Source: the human T2T-CHM13v2.0 reference genome, Homo sapiens. From it: a stretch of 64,000 bases of DNA. Below, piece after piece: positions 45,297 through 59,239 of this stretch. Location of the stretch: NCBI RefSeq assembly GCF_009914755.1, contig NC_060948.1. One strand, written 5' to 3'. The notes under the pieces were generated by a model, which did no database searches, was not told where the DNA came from, and saw nothing but the letters and a program-made list of their open reading frames with translations. Positions within the stretch are counted from its first letter, which is position 1. Each line of letters opens with the position of its first letter. Both the position numbers and the translations under genes were made by a program.

Positions 45297-47151
45297 TAAC
45301 ACTTCTAAATTTGAATCTGAGATTATTATACATTTTTCTGTACTTTATTCATCCATTAGGAATTCTATATTGTCTCTATTAATCTCTTCCTAGTCATATC
45401 TATGCATTTTAACACTGTTTAAATAAAATAACACATAAAACTAAAAGTGGAGTTGTCCAGTCTTCATAATAAAATCTACCAATTACTTTGGTAAAATGGG
45501 TCTAGAAATCAGGTAGAGCTCAGCAATAATAAGAAAACTGATTAATCGTGCCCATCTGACTCATTTTACGTTAAACCTAATGGTTTATTTAACTGACAGC
45601 TAGTGTCTCCTTTTAGGATGATTTGAACAGTAATTTAGTGTAATTTGAGCTTGAGAAGGTACTGATGATATAACCGAAAGATCTGCGTTCATCAATTGGT
45701 AGCTATATTTAAGGAAAGATGATTTCATGGCATTCCAAAATTCTGTACTTTTGGGGGATTTTGTTGCCTAAAGTGAATGTGGTATAAAGAAGTTGTCATT
45801 AAATCCTAATGATTCAAGGAAACCCAATCTTATATAACTTGCCAAGGAATACATAGCCAAATAGTATTCAATCTCTGAGGAAAAACAGCTGTGTTTTGAT
45901 GTTTTGCATAAATTTTCAAAGTAAAAAAATTTGCTTAAACTGTCCTTTTAGGTGCTCAGAGTACTTATTGTTTCAAAAGTTTTTTTTCTAAAACATGATG
46001 CAGTATGTTCTTTTGCTTTAAAGCAGGCATTTGGTAATTTTGTTAAGGTATTATAAAAATCTACTTTTGAGTCACCTAGCTTCAGAAATCTCCTAAACAA
46101 TTTACATCTGAAAAACACACTTACACAAGTGAAGTGAGTTACATTACAACAAACCTTTTCTACTAGCATTCCCTTTTAAGAGCAAGAAAAAAAATGAAGT
46201 TTGGCAACATGATTTAACAGCTGCATATAGTATTTATGCTAAAGAAATCACATAGCAGATTTTCAGTTACCCACAGAAGGAGGTCCAAGGAGAGCACACA
46301 ATTAAGCTACACAGATAATCATCTCAACCATGAGTTTCAACCATATGAGCTGTCAGTAATTAGCCAATTTTTATTTCACTACTACCCTGGCTATTCTCCC
46401 CAGGAACATTACAAGAGATATTCAATCATGAGGAACAATAATAACACGAAATATTCCATATACTGAATGAATACTGCATATTAATTCTTCTTAAATGAGA
46501 AACATGATATATCAATGAACAACAAGAGATAGAAATTTTTGATAGGACAAAGTTAATATAAACATTTTGCTTGAAGGATAGAAAGGAGCTTATGTGAGAC
46601 GGAGCAGCATACTCAAAGGACAAATAGCTAAACATTCCCGTAATTTCTTCCACAATAAAATAATGCAATCTTTTCATAAACACACTTTATTTTCTATGTT
46701 TCTAAAGCCTAAAAGCATTATTTGAAACGGCCATTGACATATGAAGACTCGGAAGTAATCATGTGACTATTATAATTTATAGCAAATGTTGAATGGACAG
46801 TTTTAAAAAATTTTGTAGTGTTTTTGTGATCCATAATATATGGCTATCTTCAAAGTTAGCAATACTTCTTGCAGTTTTTTTCTGCTTGTGAAGACTTCAA
46901 ATTGATTCTTTTTCTAATATTTAGTTCATCCCCCAAATAATTACTTAACTTTTATCAGCAGCATCTCTTTATCTTAATTGGTTCATGATACTATGCCGAA
47001 AAGTGATTTAAAAATCTTTCAGTGTCAGAAATGTAACAAGGAGTGGTGGAAATTATGCTAAACTGTATTTTACTACAAAGATCATGGTTTCATTTCCAAA
47101 GTGCCACTTCTGCTCTGCTGCAGTTAATTATTTCCATTCAAAAATGTAAGG
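45297..47151 (+). repeat. Direct duplication copy X' (probable source copy)
   Basis: Embedded in unique-looking DNA on both sides, unlike X which sits inside a duplicated L1 piece. Confidence 0.95.
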
Positions 47152-49504
47152 GCAGGATTACCACATATTCCGTTATTTCTAAAAGAAGCCACTAATAGCA
47201 TGATTTTAATGGTTACGAAGATTAATATTTTTATCATCTTTGCGTTCTTTATACTTAAAGAGCAAAATTGCATAGTACAGATAATCTATCCCTTAAATGT
47301 GTAATTAAACTTTTCGTGTGGACACATAGTTTCACACTTTGGTTCAATAACTAATTACATATTTAAACTTGCCCTTTCTCATCGTTAATGCCACATGCTG
47401 ACCACAAAGACAATACCCGTTTACTAAGAAAATTTTGTTTGACACAGTAATACCATTTACCTTGCTTTGAAATACAATTTCTCATTGTTCTGCTATACTC
47501 TTTTTTTTTTGCATCGTACCCACAAAACTGGAAACATTTCTCAACGGTTTCCATTAAAAACAGAAAAAGAAATAATTAGCTCATATTTATATGAAATAGA
47601 TAATTCATAAATTCTATAAGACACTCAGAACAAACACTATGATGCTAGCAGAAGAAGCAAGCATAAAATAAGTACAATCTCTCAAGGATATATTGATTCT
47701 CTCACAGCTTAGCTTGCACACAGGCTAATGATGACAATATTGTGGCATGAAACCTAAGAGTGTATGTGTGTGTGGGGGTGTACGTGCATGTTAGAGAGAC
47801 AGAGCCTGCTTTTTAAATCTACAACAGATAAGTCCAAAAAGTTTACCTTTTACATGCACACACACACTTATCACACGCTTATCATCTTAGGACCTTTTAA
47901 TATCTATTTATAAACATGTCTCAGGAGAATGTTAAACAGTAAATTGATTTTCATTTAGGCCTTTTTTTTCTAACCACATGCTATAGAAGTATGTGTTAGT
48001 GAAATATTTAGGAGAAAATATAACAAATTTTATTTGAATACTTGCTTTAGAAAACCAGCTGCATATGCTATAGAGTAGGAAGAGATTGCCTAGGTAAACT
48101 TCTGTAGTTCAAATCTTGAAGAAAACTAAAGGTTAAACACTGAGGAGACATTTCAAGTCTAGTGATTCCCTGAGTTCTCTTTAAAATACTTGCAACATGC
48201 ACACCATAAATATGCTAGAGAATGTATTTTAAGATATTAAGAAGACATAGGAATGTTAATTTAAAACCCCATGGAACAGAAATAGCCATAATGTCCTGCC
48301 CTACCTCACCCACATGGAGTAAATAGTAGGGGTTGATGCTACTGGCTAACTGAATGCTAAGACTGGAAAAAAGCAAAAGAGTCTGAAAAGTAAAATATCA
48401 AGTGTTAATTTCAACCCAAATCCTGCCACACTTTTTACGAGACAACATCAGACTCATTGTATGAGACATATTCACATGTTTGATGCTCGTTGTTAAGCAC
48501 ATACATATTAAGGATTGTTATACTTTCTTGGAGAATTGATTCTTTTATCATTATGTAATGCCCTTCTTTAGTTTCGATATTTTTCCTTACTCTCAAATCC
48601 GCTTTGTCTGAAATTAATATAGTTACTGCAGCTTTCTTCTTGTTAGTGTTGTTAGCATGGCATATGTTTCTCCATCACTTTACTTTTATGCATCATAATT
48701 TTCTGCTTCTTTGCATATTTAATAATTTTTTACTGAATGGTAGATATCAGTGAATATTATGGTGTTGAGTGTCTAAATTTGTTTTCCTACATTAGCTAGA
48801 TTTGAATTATGTTTAGACAGGCAGTTAAGTTACTTACAGATCAGTTTAATCCTTCTCTACTGAAAAATCTATCATACAAAGAGTTTTTTCAACCTGATTG
48901 GCCAGGATTTAAATGTTTCCCAACTCTGTGTAATTTCTGGGAATTCTTCAAGTCAGGACTTTCCAGTTATGTCTTGCCTCATGGAATTTCATCTTATGCA
49001 CGCACAGCTTTTTATTGAGCAAAAAATTCAAAGGCTTTTCTATGCAGATTTGTGAAGCTCTTCCACTGTGCTATTCCTTCAACTCTGGTACTCTACACCA
49101 CAAATTCCAAAGTTTAGCCATCTAAACTTTCCAAAATTTCAATTCTGGTCTTCTCAATCCAGGGAGATGACTGGTATTTTCCTGAGTTTACCTTTCCTAT
49201 TTCTCTGTCTGGGGTATTGTGGTGCTTACCTTCTTTTATCCCTTCACTGATTACGGTTCTATGCTACATGTTTGCCAACGTCTGCAGACAGTATTTTATC
49301 TGTATTTTCCAGTTTTGTAATTTTTTCTGAAAGGAGGGCAAGTCCACTACCAGTTATTCTATTAAAGTAGGAAAGATTTCATCTTTCATTTTTAATATAC
49401 CAAATTTACAATATTTTGTAATAAAATAATCACTTATGATAGTCCATGTTTTTATTTATTACTATTTGCTTTTCTTAGTTGTATTTAACTATAAAATAGA
49501 CTTC

Positions 49505-50774
49505 CTGGAACCACCGCCCCCAACTCCCGCATCCATGTGGATTTCCCTCTGATCCTCTATGAGATGTGAGCCTCGGAAGCAGACAATAGCACCTCCTGCT
49601 CCAGCAAGAAACTCCCAGGCTCAAGGTGTGGCTTCCATTAAGGAGCCCAGGCTGGGGCCACAACTCTGAATAACCTCTGTTGGCACATAACCTTCAGCTG
49701 TGAGTGGTTCAGTCCTGTGATATTGGTTGGGTGTTGGTTTGTGTGTGGACAAGAGGTGGTTGGTGGCTGGTGGAGGCTAATGGCAGAGTTAGCCCCCTAC
49801 TCTCCCCAGCCACCCCTGCAAGAAGCATGGCAGGGCATATACCAGTCAGGAATGCCCAGTACCTGGTTCCTTGCCTGGTCTGCTTTCCTCCACGTTTGCC
49901 TGGGGCCTAACCCTGCTAGAAGCTACAGCACTTTATAAGCAAGGTTTGCCTTCTTCCAGCTCCTAGGCTGTGGGTGCTGTATACAATTAGGAACTTCCTT
50001 TCCTTCACTTCCCTTTTAACCCCTAGTCAGAGCATTTCAGCTGTTGTTTGCTACTTAATTCCTCCCATGTTGGACAGAGGCTGGGGGCAGTGCCAGCCTG
50101 ATTCTTCCCACCTACCTGCCATCTGTTCCCACCTTCAGATGGATGGACAGTTTGCTGGCTGTTGATAGGAGTGGGGACTGGACAGGGTCTTCACCCTCTA
50201 CCAAGGGCTGGGCTGATCCCCCTACTACAACTAGTTGTTGCCCCCCCACCCCCAGTTGAGGAGTTGACAGGGTGCAGGCTGGGGTCAGGACAGGCTGTGG
50301 ATGCTTGTGTCTATAGGGAGTTACTCCAACCCACCTATTCTGTCTAATCCCCCATGCCTTTGCACCAAGGCCTCTACCCTTCCAATTGGGAGGGAACTAT
50401 TCACCACCCTGTGGCAAGGGACAACATCCTAAGGCTGGTGCCAATAGTTATGAGTAGCCTACCACCCCCTTCCCCTACAGTAACCTCCACCCCTTCAGGA
50501 TGAGTCAAGGGAAAGTACTGGAGCCGCTGGGTATGAAAAGAAAGGAGGGAAAAATCATAAAAGGAATATGAAGGTTTGTAAATAGTCCACGATGATGTCA
50601 TGGCAGAGTCTGATTTCTATATAGAGGTAACTTAAAAAAAAATACTGTGCAAGATCTGTTCTTCTAGAGTGTGGGAAATGGCTTGCGGAGGGTGGCCCCC
50701 AGCCTAGAAAGACTATTGTGCTATTTGTTCAATTTCAATAAAATGATTTATAGATCCTGAAAATAAATAAATGA
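49505..50774 (+). pseudogene. TUSC2P: 5'-truncated processed pseudogene of TUSC2 (last codons plus 3'UTR)
   Basis: 49528-49569 encodes RIHVDFPLILYEM*, versus TUSC2 C-terminus RIHVDFPVILYEV*; ~1.2 kb UTR-like sequence; AATAAA 50737-50742; decayed A tail; 14-bp TSD ataaaatagacttc (49491-49504, 50775-50788). Confidence 0.92.
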
Positions 50775-51008
50775 ATAAAATAGACTTCTTATGTCATTTT
50801 TGACTTGATTTTTGTCAAGATCTTTTATGTATACATATAAAGTATATATGTATAAATATGAATATATATGTGAGTGTATTTGTGTATGTGTGTGTATATA
50901 TATATATATACACAAATATACATACATATCTAAAAATTGTGTGAAATTTTTATCCCACTAAAGACACCACATTTATTTTACCAACATTTCAATGAAAGTA
51001 TGTATCAA

Positions 51009-51310
51009 GCTGGGCTCAGTGACTCATGCCTGTAATCCCAGCACTTTGGGAGGCCGAGGTGGGTGGATCACGAGGTCAGGAGTTCAATACCAACCTAGCC
51101 AAGATGGTGAAATCCCGTCTCTACTAAGAATACAAAAAAATTAGCCGGGCGTGGTGGCAGGCACCTGCAATCCCAGCTATTCAGGAGGCTGAAGCAGAGA
51201 ATTGCTTGAAACCAAGATGCAGAGGTTGCAGTGAGCCAAGATCATGCCACTGCATTCCAGCCTGGGCGACAGAGTGAGACTTGGTCAAAAAAAAAAAAAA
51301 AAAAGAGAGA
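51009..51310 (+). mobile_element. AluS (Sg-like)
   Basis: ggatcacgaggtcaggagttc; A tail; TSD gaaagtatg(t/c)atca. Confidence 0.93.
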
Positions 51311-51521
51311 GAAAGTATGCATCAGATTCAAAAATGGGAGCTTGGATTGCCTCATGTACTGGTTGGGGGCTGGCTGCTGAGGTATTTGGCTCTTATAATT
51401 TATAATGAACATATGTGTACAGGTGTTTGTATGGACATATGTTGTCATTTCTATTGAATGCCTGAAAGTGGAATTGCTGGAATCAAGGATCCTACCATAA
51501 TTACTCAGCATATATTTTTAT

Positions 51522-54500
51522 AGAGTCTTCTGGTGGATTTGAGCAAGATGGCCGAGTAGACTCAGCCAGGTGGAATAGATGCCACAGAGGGCTGGGGATG
51601 ACTGGCGCACTCCTAACAGATATTCAGAGGGGAAGGCACTGACAGTGGATGGAGGAAAGACACAGAAGCTAGCCTGAAGTGGGAGGAAGCTGGGAATCCT
51701 GCATAGTGCTACCAAAGACAGGGACTCATTCTGGGCTCCCAGTGACTCTGGGGCAGCCAATGACTTGAACTGCCAAGGAGCAGCCCACTCTCCCCATAGA
51801 CTTTTGGAATCCTGGCAGGAAGAGACCCTTCTGCAACTATAGACACTTGAGTTGGCAGAGAAAGCTGCTTAGAGAAATGGTAGGGGCAGAACTTCAGCCA
51901 GTGCAGAGCCCACAGGGTTTTGTGTGGGAGCATCTGTAGTGGAGCATGGCCAGGGATGTCCATCCCTCACAGGCTCAACTTGTTTCCATAGAAGACTTTA
52001 GCACTGGGAGAGCTGTCAAACCTAAATTCTGTCGAGCAGTCTTGCCCATTAGACAGAACGAGTCTGGCCTGAGCATCCCTTGTTATACTGGCTGCTACTG
52101 AGGCCCCAGCTTGGTAATGCCTGCTTGCAGGGCAGCCTTGGGTGCCCAGGGTTTCTGCATCATAGCTTCTGCACTGGTGGATTATGCCTGGCTGGCAGAG
52201 ATCTCCAGTGGGAGAGCCTCACAGCCATGCACCAGCCCGCCGGATCACTCCCCATAGTACAGCTTTCTCCAGGCCCACCGCAATCCTCCACATCCCTTTG
52301 CCAGTGTGTGCATGCATAGGGTTTACCTTCCCTGTCCCACCAGCACGCATGTGAGTGTGTACCCTGCCCTAGCTCTGCTGCTACCTGAAGTGCACCCCAT
52401 TCCCCTGTCCCACCATTGCATCAAGACCTTGGCGGGCACAGAGCATCCCAGGCCTGCTCCAGCCAACAAGCTGCCATTGTGGCAACACTGTGCCTGAGTG
52501 AAACTAGGCACCAAGAGCAGTGGGCCCTTCTCCACCCTGAGCAATCACAGAAGGTGCACACAGAACTGCGTCTGCAAGTGCCCCAACACCCTGTTAACAT
52601 CATCTCCAGTGTGACCATTCACACAGTAGACAATGGGAGTTCCTTGCCATCCCAGAGCCATGCTGCCTTTGCTGCTGCTGTGAATGCCCATGGGGAGACA
52701 AATGCCCTTGAACCCATTAGCACCCTGCTGCAGATCATGATTATGCATTTTGCTGCCCTGCCACTACTGCTGGCACATATGAACAAGAGTGAATTTTACT
52801 GCCACCACCCTATGAAATGCTTTGGCTGGCATCACCCATCAGCGTGTAGTGACCAGTGGTCCAGAAGCACATTGGCTCCCCCTAGTGCAGCAGGCTTCTA
52901 AACTCCAGGAGCCAGAGAAATAAATCAGGGCATGATACAAGTACCCAAGGTTTAGAACACATAAGCCAAGAGTTGGGAGCTGAGTTTTGGCCCCCTAAAG
53001 TCTTCCAGAAATGTGACCAGCAGACTGAATCCATTTTATACAATTAAACCCTCAAAGACATCAAAAAAGATAAAAGAAAAAAAATCGGAAGAATAGCAAC
53101 TTCAAAGATTAAAGGAGCATCAACCCACAAAGATGAGAAAGAACCAGCACAAGAACTCTGACAACTTAAAAAGTCAGACTGCCTTCTTTCCTATAAACAA
53201 CTGCATTAATCCTCCAGCAAGGGTTCTGAACTGAGCTGAGATAGCTGAAATGACAGAAATAGAATTCAAAATGTAGATAGAAATGGAGATAACAATGTGC
53301 AGCAGTATGTTAAAACACAATACAAAGAAGCTAAGAATCACAATAAAACAATACAAGAGCGGACAGACAAAATACGCAGTATAGAAAAGAATGCAACCAC
53401 CCTGATAGTGTTGAAAACATTCTACATGAATTTCATAATGCAGTTGCAAATTTTAACAGCAGAATAGACCAAGCTGAGGAGGAGAGAATCTCAGAGCTTA
53501 AAGACAGGCTTTCTGAAATAAGACACTCAGACAAGAATGGAGGAAAAAAATGAAATGGAACAAACAAAACCTCTGACAAATATAGGATTATGTAAAGAGA
53601 TCAAATGTACTACTCATTGGTGCCCCTGAAAGAGATTGAGAGAATGGAAGCAACTTGGAAAACATATTTCAAGATGTCATCCATGAGAACTTCCCCAGCC
53701 TGGCTAGAGAGGCTGACATTCAAATTCAGTAAAGGCAGAGAATGCCAGTAAGGTACTTCATTAGAAGTTCATTCCCAACACACATAATCTCCAGATTCCC
53801 CAAAGTCAAAATGAAAGAAAAAATGTTAAATCTAGCTAGAAAGTTCAGTTCACCTACAAAGAGAAGTCCATCAGACTAATGACACAACTCTCAGTAGAAA
53901 CTCTACAAGCCCAAAGAAATTAAGGGGAAAAAATTCAACATTCCTAAATAAAAGACATTCTAATCAATAATTTTATATCTGGCCAAACTAAGCTTCATAA
54001 GCAAAGGAGAAATAAGATCCTTTTCAGAAAAGCAAATGCTGAGGGAATTCTTTACCATGAGACCTGCCTTACAAGAGCTCCTGAAAGAAGTAACAACTAT
54101 GGAAAGGAGAAATCACTACAGTCACTACAAAAACACACTTAAATACATAGAACACTAACAGTATAAAGCAACCACACAAACAAGTCTGCATAATAACCAG
54201 CTAACATCTTAATGACAGGATCAAATCCACAAATATCAATGCTAACCTTGAATGTAAATAGACTAAATGCCCAAATTAAATAGCACAGAGTGGTAAACTG
54301 GATAAAGCACCAAGATCCAATGGTATGTGGTCTTCAAGAGACCCATCTCACACCCTTAGGTTCAAAACAAAGAGGTGGGAAAAACTAGCAAGCAAATGAA
54401 GAACCAAAAAGCAGGGGTAGGCATCTTAACATCTGAAAAAATAATCTAAACTCAAAAAGATAAAAAAAGACACAGGAGAGCATTACATAATAGTAAAGTG

Positions 54501-57500
54501 TTTAGTTCAACAAGAAGACTTAACTATTTTAAATATATAAGCACCCAACATAGGAGTACCTAGATTCATAAAAAAAGTTCTTAGCAACCTACAAAGGGAC
54601 AGACTGCCACACAATAATAGTGGGAGACTTTAACAGCCCACTGATAATATTAGACAGATCATTGAGACAGAAAATTAACAAAGATATTCAGGACCTGAAC
54701 TCAGCATGGGATCAAATGAACCTGACAGAACTTCCATCCAAAAACAATAGAATATACATTCTTCTCATCTGCACATCATATGTACTCTAAAATCGACTAC
54801 ACGATTGGACATAAAATAATCCTCAGCAAATGCAAAAGAATCAAAATCACACCAAACCCACTCTCAGACCACAGTGCAATAAAAATAGAATTCAAGACTA
54901 AGAAAATCACTAAAAACTATACAATGACATGAAAATTAAACAACCTGCTCCTGAATGATTTTGGAGTAAAGAAATTAAAGCAGAAATCAAGAAGTTCTAT
55001 GAAATTAATGAGAACAAAGATTCAACATAATAGAATATCTAGGACAAAGCTAAGACAGTATTAAGAGGGAAATATATAGCACTAAGTGCTCACATCAAAA
55101 TTTATAAAGATCTCAATTTAAAAACCTAACATCACAACTAAAAGAACTGGAAAACAAACAGCAAAGAAACCCCAAAGCTAGCAGAAGACAAAAAATAACC
55201 AAAATAAAATCTGAAAGACATTGAGATACAAAAACGATTCAAAAAATCAACAAATGCAGGCAGGAGTTTAAAAAAAATAATAAAAAAATAGATAGACCTC
55301 TAGATAAACTAAAAGAAGAAAAGAGAGAAGATCCAAAAAAAAAACAGAACTAGAAAATACAAAGGGGATATTACCACTAACCCCACAGAAATACAAATAA
55401 CCATCAGATAATATTATGAACACCTCTATGTACACAAACTAAAAAATCTAGAATACATAAATAAATTCCTGATTACATGTATTCTCCCAAGTCTGAAGCA
55501 GAAAGAAATTAAAGCCCTGAACAGAGCAATGATGAACACTGAAATTGAACCAGCAATAGTCTACCAACCAAAACAACCCAGTACCAGTTAGATTCACAGA
55601 AGAATTCTACCAAATGTACAAAGAAGAGCTGGTACTATTCTCACTGAAACTATTAAAAAAAATCTAAGGAGGAGGAATTCCTCTCTAACTCATTCTTTGA
55701 GGCCAGCATTATCCTAATACCAAAACCTGGCAGAGACATAACAACAACAACAACAACAAAAAACACTTCAGGTCAATATCCTTGATGAACATTGATACAA
55801 ATATCCTCAATGAGAGTACTGGCAAACTGAATCTAGCAGCACATCAAAAAGCTTATCCACCATGATCAAGCAGGCTTTGTATCTGGGATGCAAGGTTAGT
55901 TTAACATACGCAAATCAATAATGTGATTTGTCACTTAAACAGAACTAAAGACAAAAACTCAACAGGTGCAGAAATGCTTCTGATAAAATTCAATACCTCT
56001 TCATGTTAAAAACTCTCAATGAGTTAGGATTTGAAGAAACAAACCTCAAAATAATAAAAATCATCTATGAAAAACCCACAGCCAACATAATACTTAATAG
56101 GGAAAAGCTGAAAGCATTCCCTTTAAAAACTGGCACAAAACAAGGATGACCTCTCACTAATCCTATTCATCATAGTATTGGAAGTCCTGGCCAGTGTAAC
56201 CAGGCAAGAGAAAGAAATAAAGGGCATGCAAATAAAAAGAGAGAAAGTCAAACTATCCCTGTTTTTCAGGTGACATGATTAGATATCTAGAAAACCCCAT
56301 GGTCTCAGTCCCAAAGCGTATTAAGCTGATAAGAGAAACTTCAGCAAAGTCTCAGGGTACAAAATCAATGCACAAAAATTACTAGCATTCCTATACACCA
56401 ACAAGAGTCAAGCCGAGAGCCAAATCAGAAACGCAATTCAATTCACAATTGCCACAGAAAAATAAAATAGCAAGGAATACAGAAAACCAAGGAGATGAAA
56501 GAACTCTACAAAGAGAACTACAAAACACGTGTCAAAGAACTCAGAGATAACACAAACAAATGGAAAAACATTCCATTCTCATGTATAGAAAAAATCAGTA
56601 TCATTAAAATGTTCATACAGCCCAAACAATTTATAGGTTTAATTTTATTCCTATTAAACTGTCAATGAAATTTTTCACAGAACTAGAAAAAATGATTTTA
56701 AAATTTATATGAAACTAGAAAACATTCTGAGTAGCCGAGGAAATCCTAAACAAAAAGAACAAAGCTGAAGGCATCACACTACTTGACTTCAAACTGTACT
56801 ACAGGGCTACAACAACCAAAATAGCATGGGATGGGTACGAAAACAGACATAGAGCAATGGGACAGAATAGAGAGCCCAAAATTAAGGCCACACATCTACA
56901 ACTATCTCATCTTCTAGAAAGCTCATGAAACCAAGCAATGGGTAAAACACTCCCTATTCAATAATTGGAATAACTGGCTAGCTAGTTATATGCGGAAGAG
57001 TGAAACTGGATCCCATTCTTATGCTATATACAAAAATTAACTAAAGATGGATTGAAGACTTAAATGTAAAACTTAAAACTATAACAACCCTGGAAGACAA
57101 CCTAAGCAATACCATTCTGGATACAGAAATGGGCAAAGATTTTATGATAACGATGTCAAAAGCAATTGCAACAAAAGCAAAAACTGACAAATGGTATGTA
57201 ATTAAACTAAAGAGCTTCTGCACAGCCAAAGAAACTATCCACAGAGTAAACAGACATCCTACAGAATGGGACAAAATTATTTCAAACTATGCATCTGACA
57301 TTCAGCATCTATAAGAAACAAACAAATTTGCAATAGAAAAACAAACAATGCCATTAAAAAGTGGTCAAAGGACATGAAGAAACACTTTTCAAAACAAGAC
57401 AAACATGTTGCCAACAAGCATGTGAAACAAAGCTCATCACTGATTATTAGAGAAATTCAAATCAAAACCACAATGAGACATTATCTCACACCTGTCAGAG

Positions 57501-58156
57501 TGGCTATTATTAAAAGTCAAAAAATAACAGATGCAGGTAAAGTTGCAAAGAAAAAGGAATGGTTATACACATTGGCCATTCCTGAAAGACCTAACAACAG
57601 AACTAACAGTTGACCCAGCAATTCCATTACTGAGTATATACCCAAAAGAATATAAATCATTCTGTTATAAAGTCATATTCACATGTATGTTTATTGCAGA
57701 ACTATTCACAGTAGCAATGACATGGAATGAACCTAAATCCACATCAATGGTAGACTAGACTGGATAAAGAGCATGGGGTACATATACACCTTCGAGTACT
57801 ATGTAGCCACAAAAAAGAATGAGATTATGTCCTTTGCAGAAACATGGATGGAGCTGGAGGCTATTATCCTTAGAAGACTAATGGAGGAATAGAAAGCCAA
57901 ATACCATGTGTTCTCACCTATAAGTGGGTGCTAAATGATGAGAACACATGGACTCATAGAGGGGAACAACAGCCACTGGGGCCTACTGGAGGGTTGAGGG
58001 TGAAGGTGGGAGAAGATCAGGAAAAATAACTAATGGGTACCTGGCTTAATACCTGGGTGATGAAATAATATGTACAACAAACTCCCATGACATGAGCTCA
58101 CCTATATAACAAAACTGCACACATATCCCTGAACTTAAAATAAAAGTTAAAAAAAA
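51522..58156 (+). mobile_element. Near full-length L1 (L1PA13-15-like), decayed
   Basis: CAAGATGGCCGA at the 5' end, GC-rich 5'UTR, ORF1 region, atgacaggatcaaat ORF2 start ~54232, ORF2 remnants ([13 protein letters not shown]), 3'UTR and A tail. Confidence 0.93.
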
Positions 58157-59239
58157 TGATAATGAAGTCCCAATGAACATATGCTCTGTAATATATTTTG
58201 CCAAGTCTAGCAGAGTTTCAGATTCAATAGTCAGATAAGATAGCTTTTGAAGTAATGTATTGAAAAATAGAAACAAAATAGAAAATCCTGAAATAATATT
58301 CACAACCTTAAGAAGAAAAAAATCATATTTAAAAATAAAAAACTCAAACTTTTTACCATAACAGTTGTACACCTTAATAGAAACCATGGTTTCTTAATTG
58401 TTTGGTGCACGGGTATATTTCTTATAAATATTTGGTTCCTTGATATTTTCTTAGGAAGTCTTATCAAACCATATGCATTTGTAAATAATTCAGAATTGCA
58501 TTAGATAGAACAAAAATATAGAACTGTCATACTTAGTTTATTTTTGTCAAGAAGAATAGAAATCCACTTAAATTATTTTAATAAATGATAAATGCCACAT
58601 ATGTTGGTAAAGGAAAGAGCAATTTTGTAGGATTGCAAAATCAATTGTATGACTGCATAACTGGAGATGAAATGCAATTTAGGAACTGAGAGTGCCCAAT
58701 CTTTTGGGATAATAATTGTCATATTTATCTCTTGGTGGCCTGTATTAAACATCTTTCATTCTGGCAATTCCTTTTCTCTTGTCTTTGCTTCTCCTGTACT
58801 TGTTACTACCAATGATTACTTCAGTCTTTACACAGTCCAACTTTTTTCTCTATATATTGTTTTCATAATACCTTTGTATTTACCACTTCTGCTTACTCAT
58901 AACTTGACTTCTCTATGAGTCACCTTCAGCCTTTCTTATTGCTAGCAACTGAAAGAGTCTTTCTCCATATTTAGTAGTTTGGCTACCTAGTTCATCACCT
59001 CTCATCTGATACAAATTTTTATGTCAGGCAACATTATAAGACATTGAAGACAGTGGAGATTGACTGCCTTTGAGCCAGGTGTTCCAGTCATAGGTTGAGT
59101 GTGGCCAGTAAAATGGTTAACAGGTTCCAGTGTATAACAGCCAAGACTTTTCTCCTTGAAAGGAGGCTGAGTGTAGAATAAGAATTATTTCCTCAGAAGG
59201 GGGTGTGTTATGGGTAGGAACCGACTTAAGAAATATTGT

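Larger units (their letters stand above)
48471..51965 (-). repeat. Inverted duplication arm B (partner 30180-32077), expanded by the TUSC2 retrocopy and an Alu
   Basis: Reverse complement of arm A apart from two insertions with TSDs. Confidence 0.93.

Noticed and set aside
46404-46659. Possible terminal exon in X' (ctattctccccag|GA-TLQEIFNHEEQ*, AATAAA at 46654) and paralogue TLQEIFNNDEQQ* at 42259
   Set aside because: Very short, no recognisable protein, no upstream exons found; identity between the copies falls within the putative coding part
47363-47554. 63-aa minus-strand ORF with internal donor-like AAG|GTAAAT
   Set aside because: No recognisable homology; crosses an A10 run
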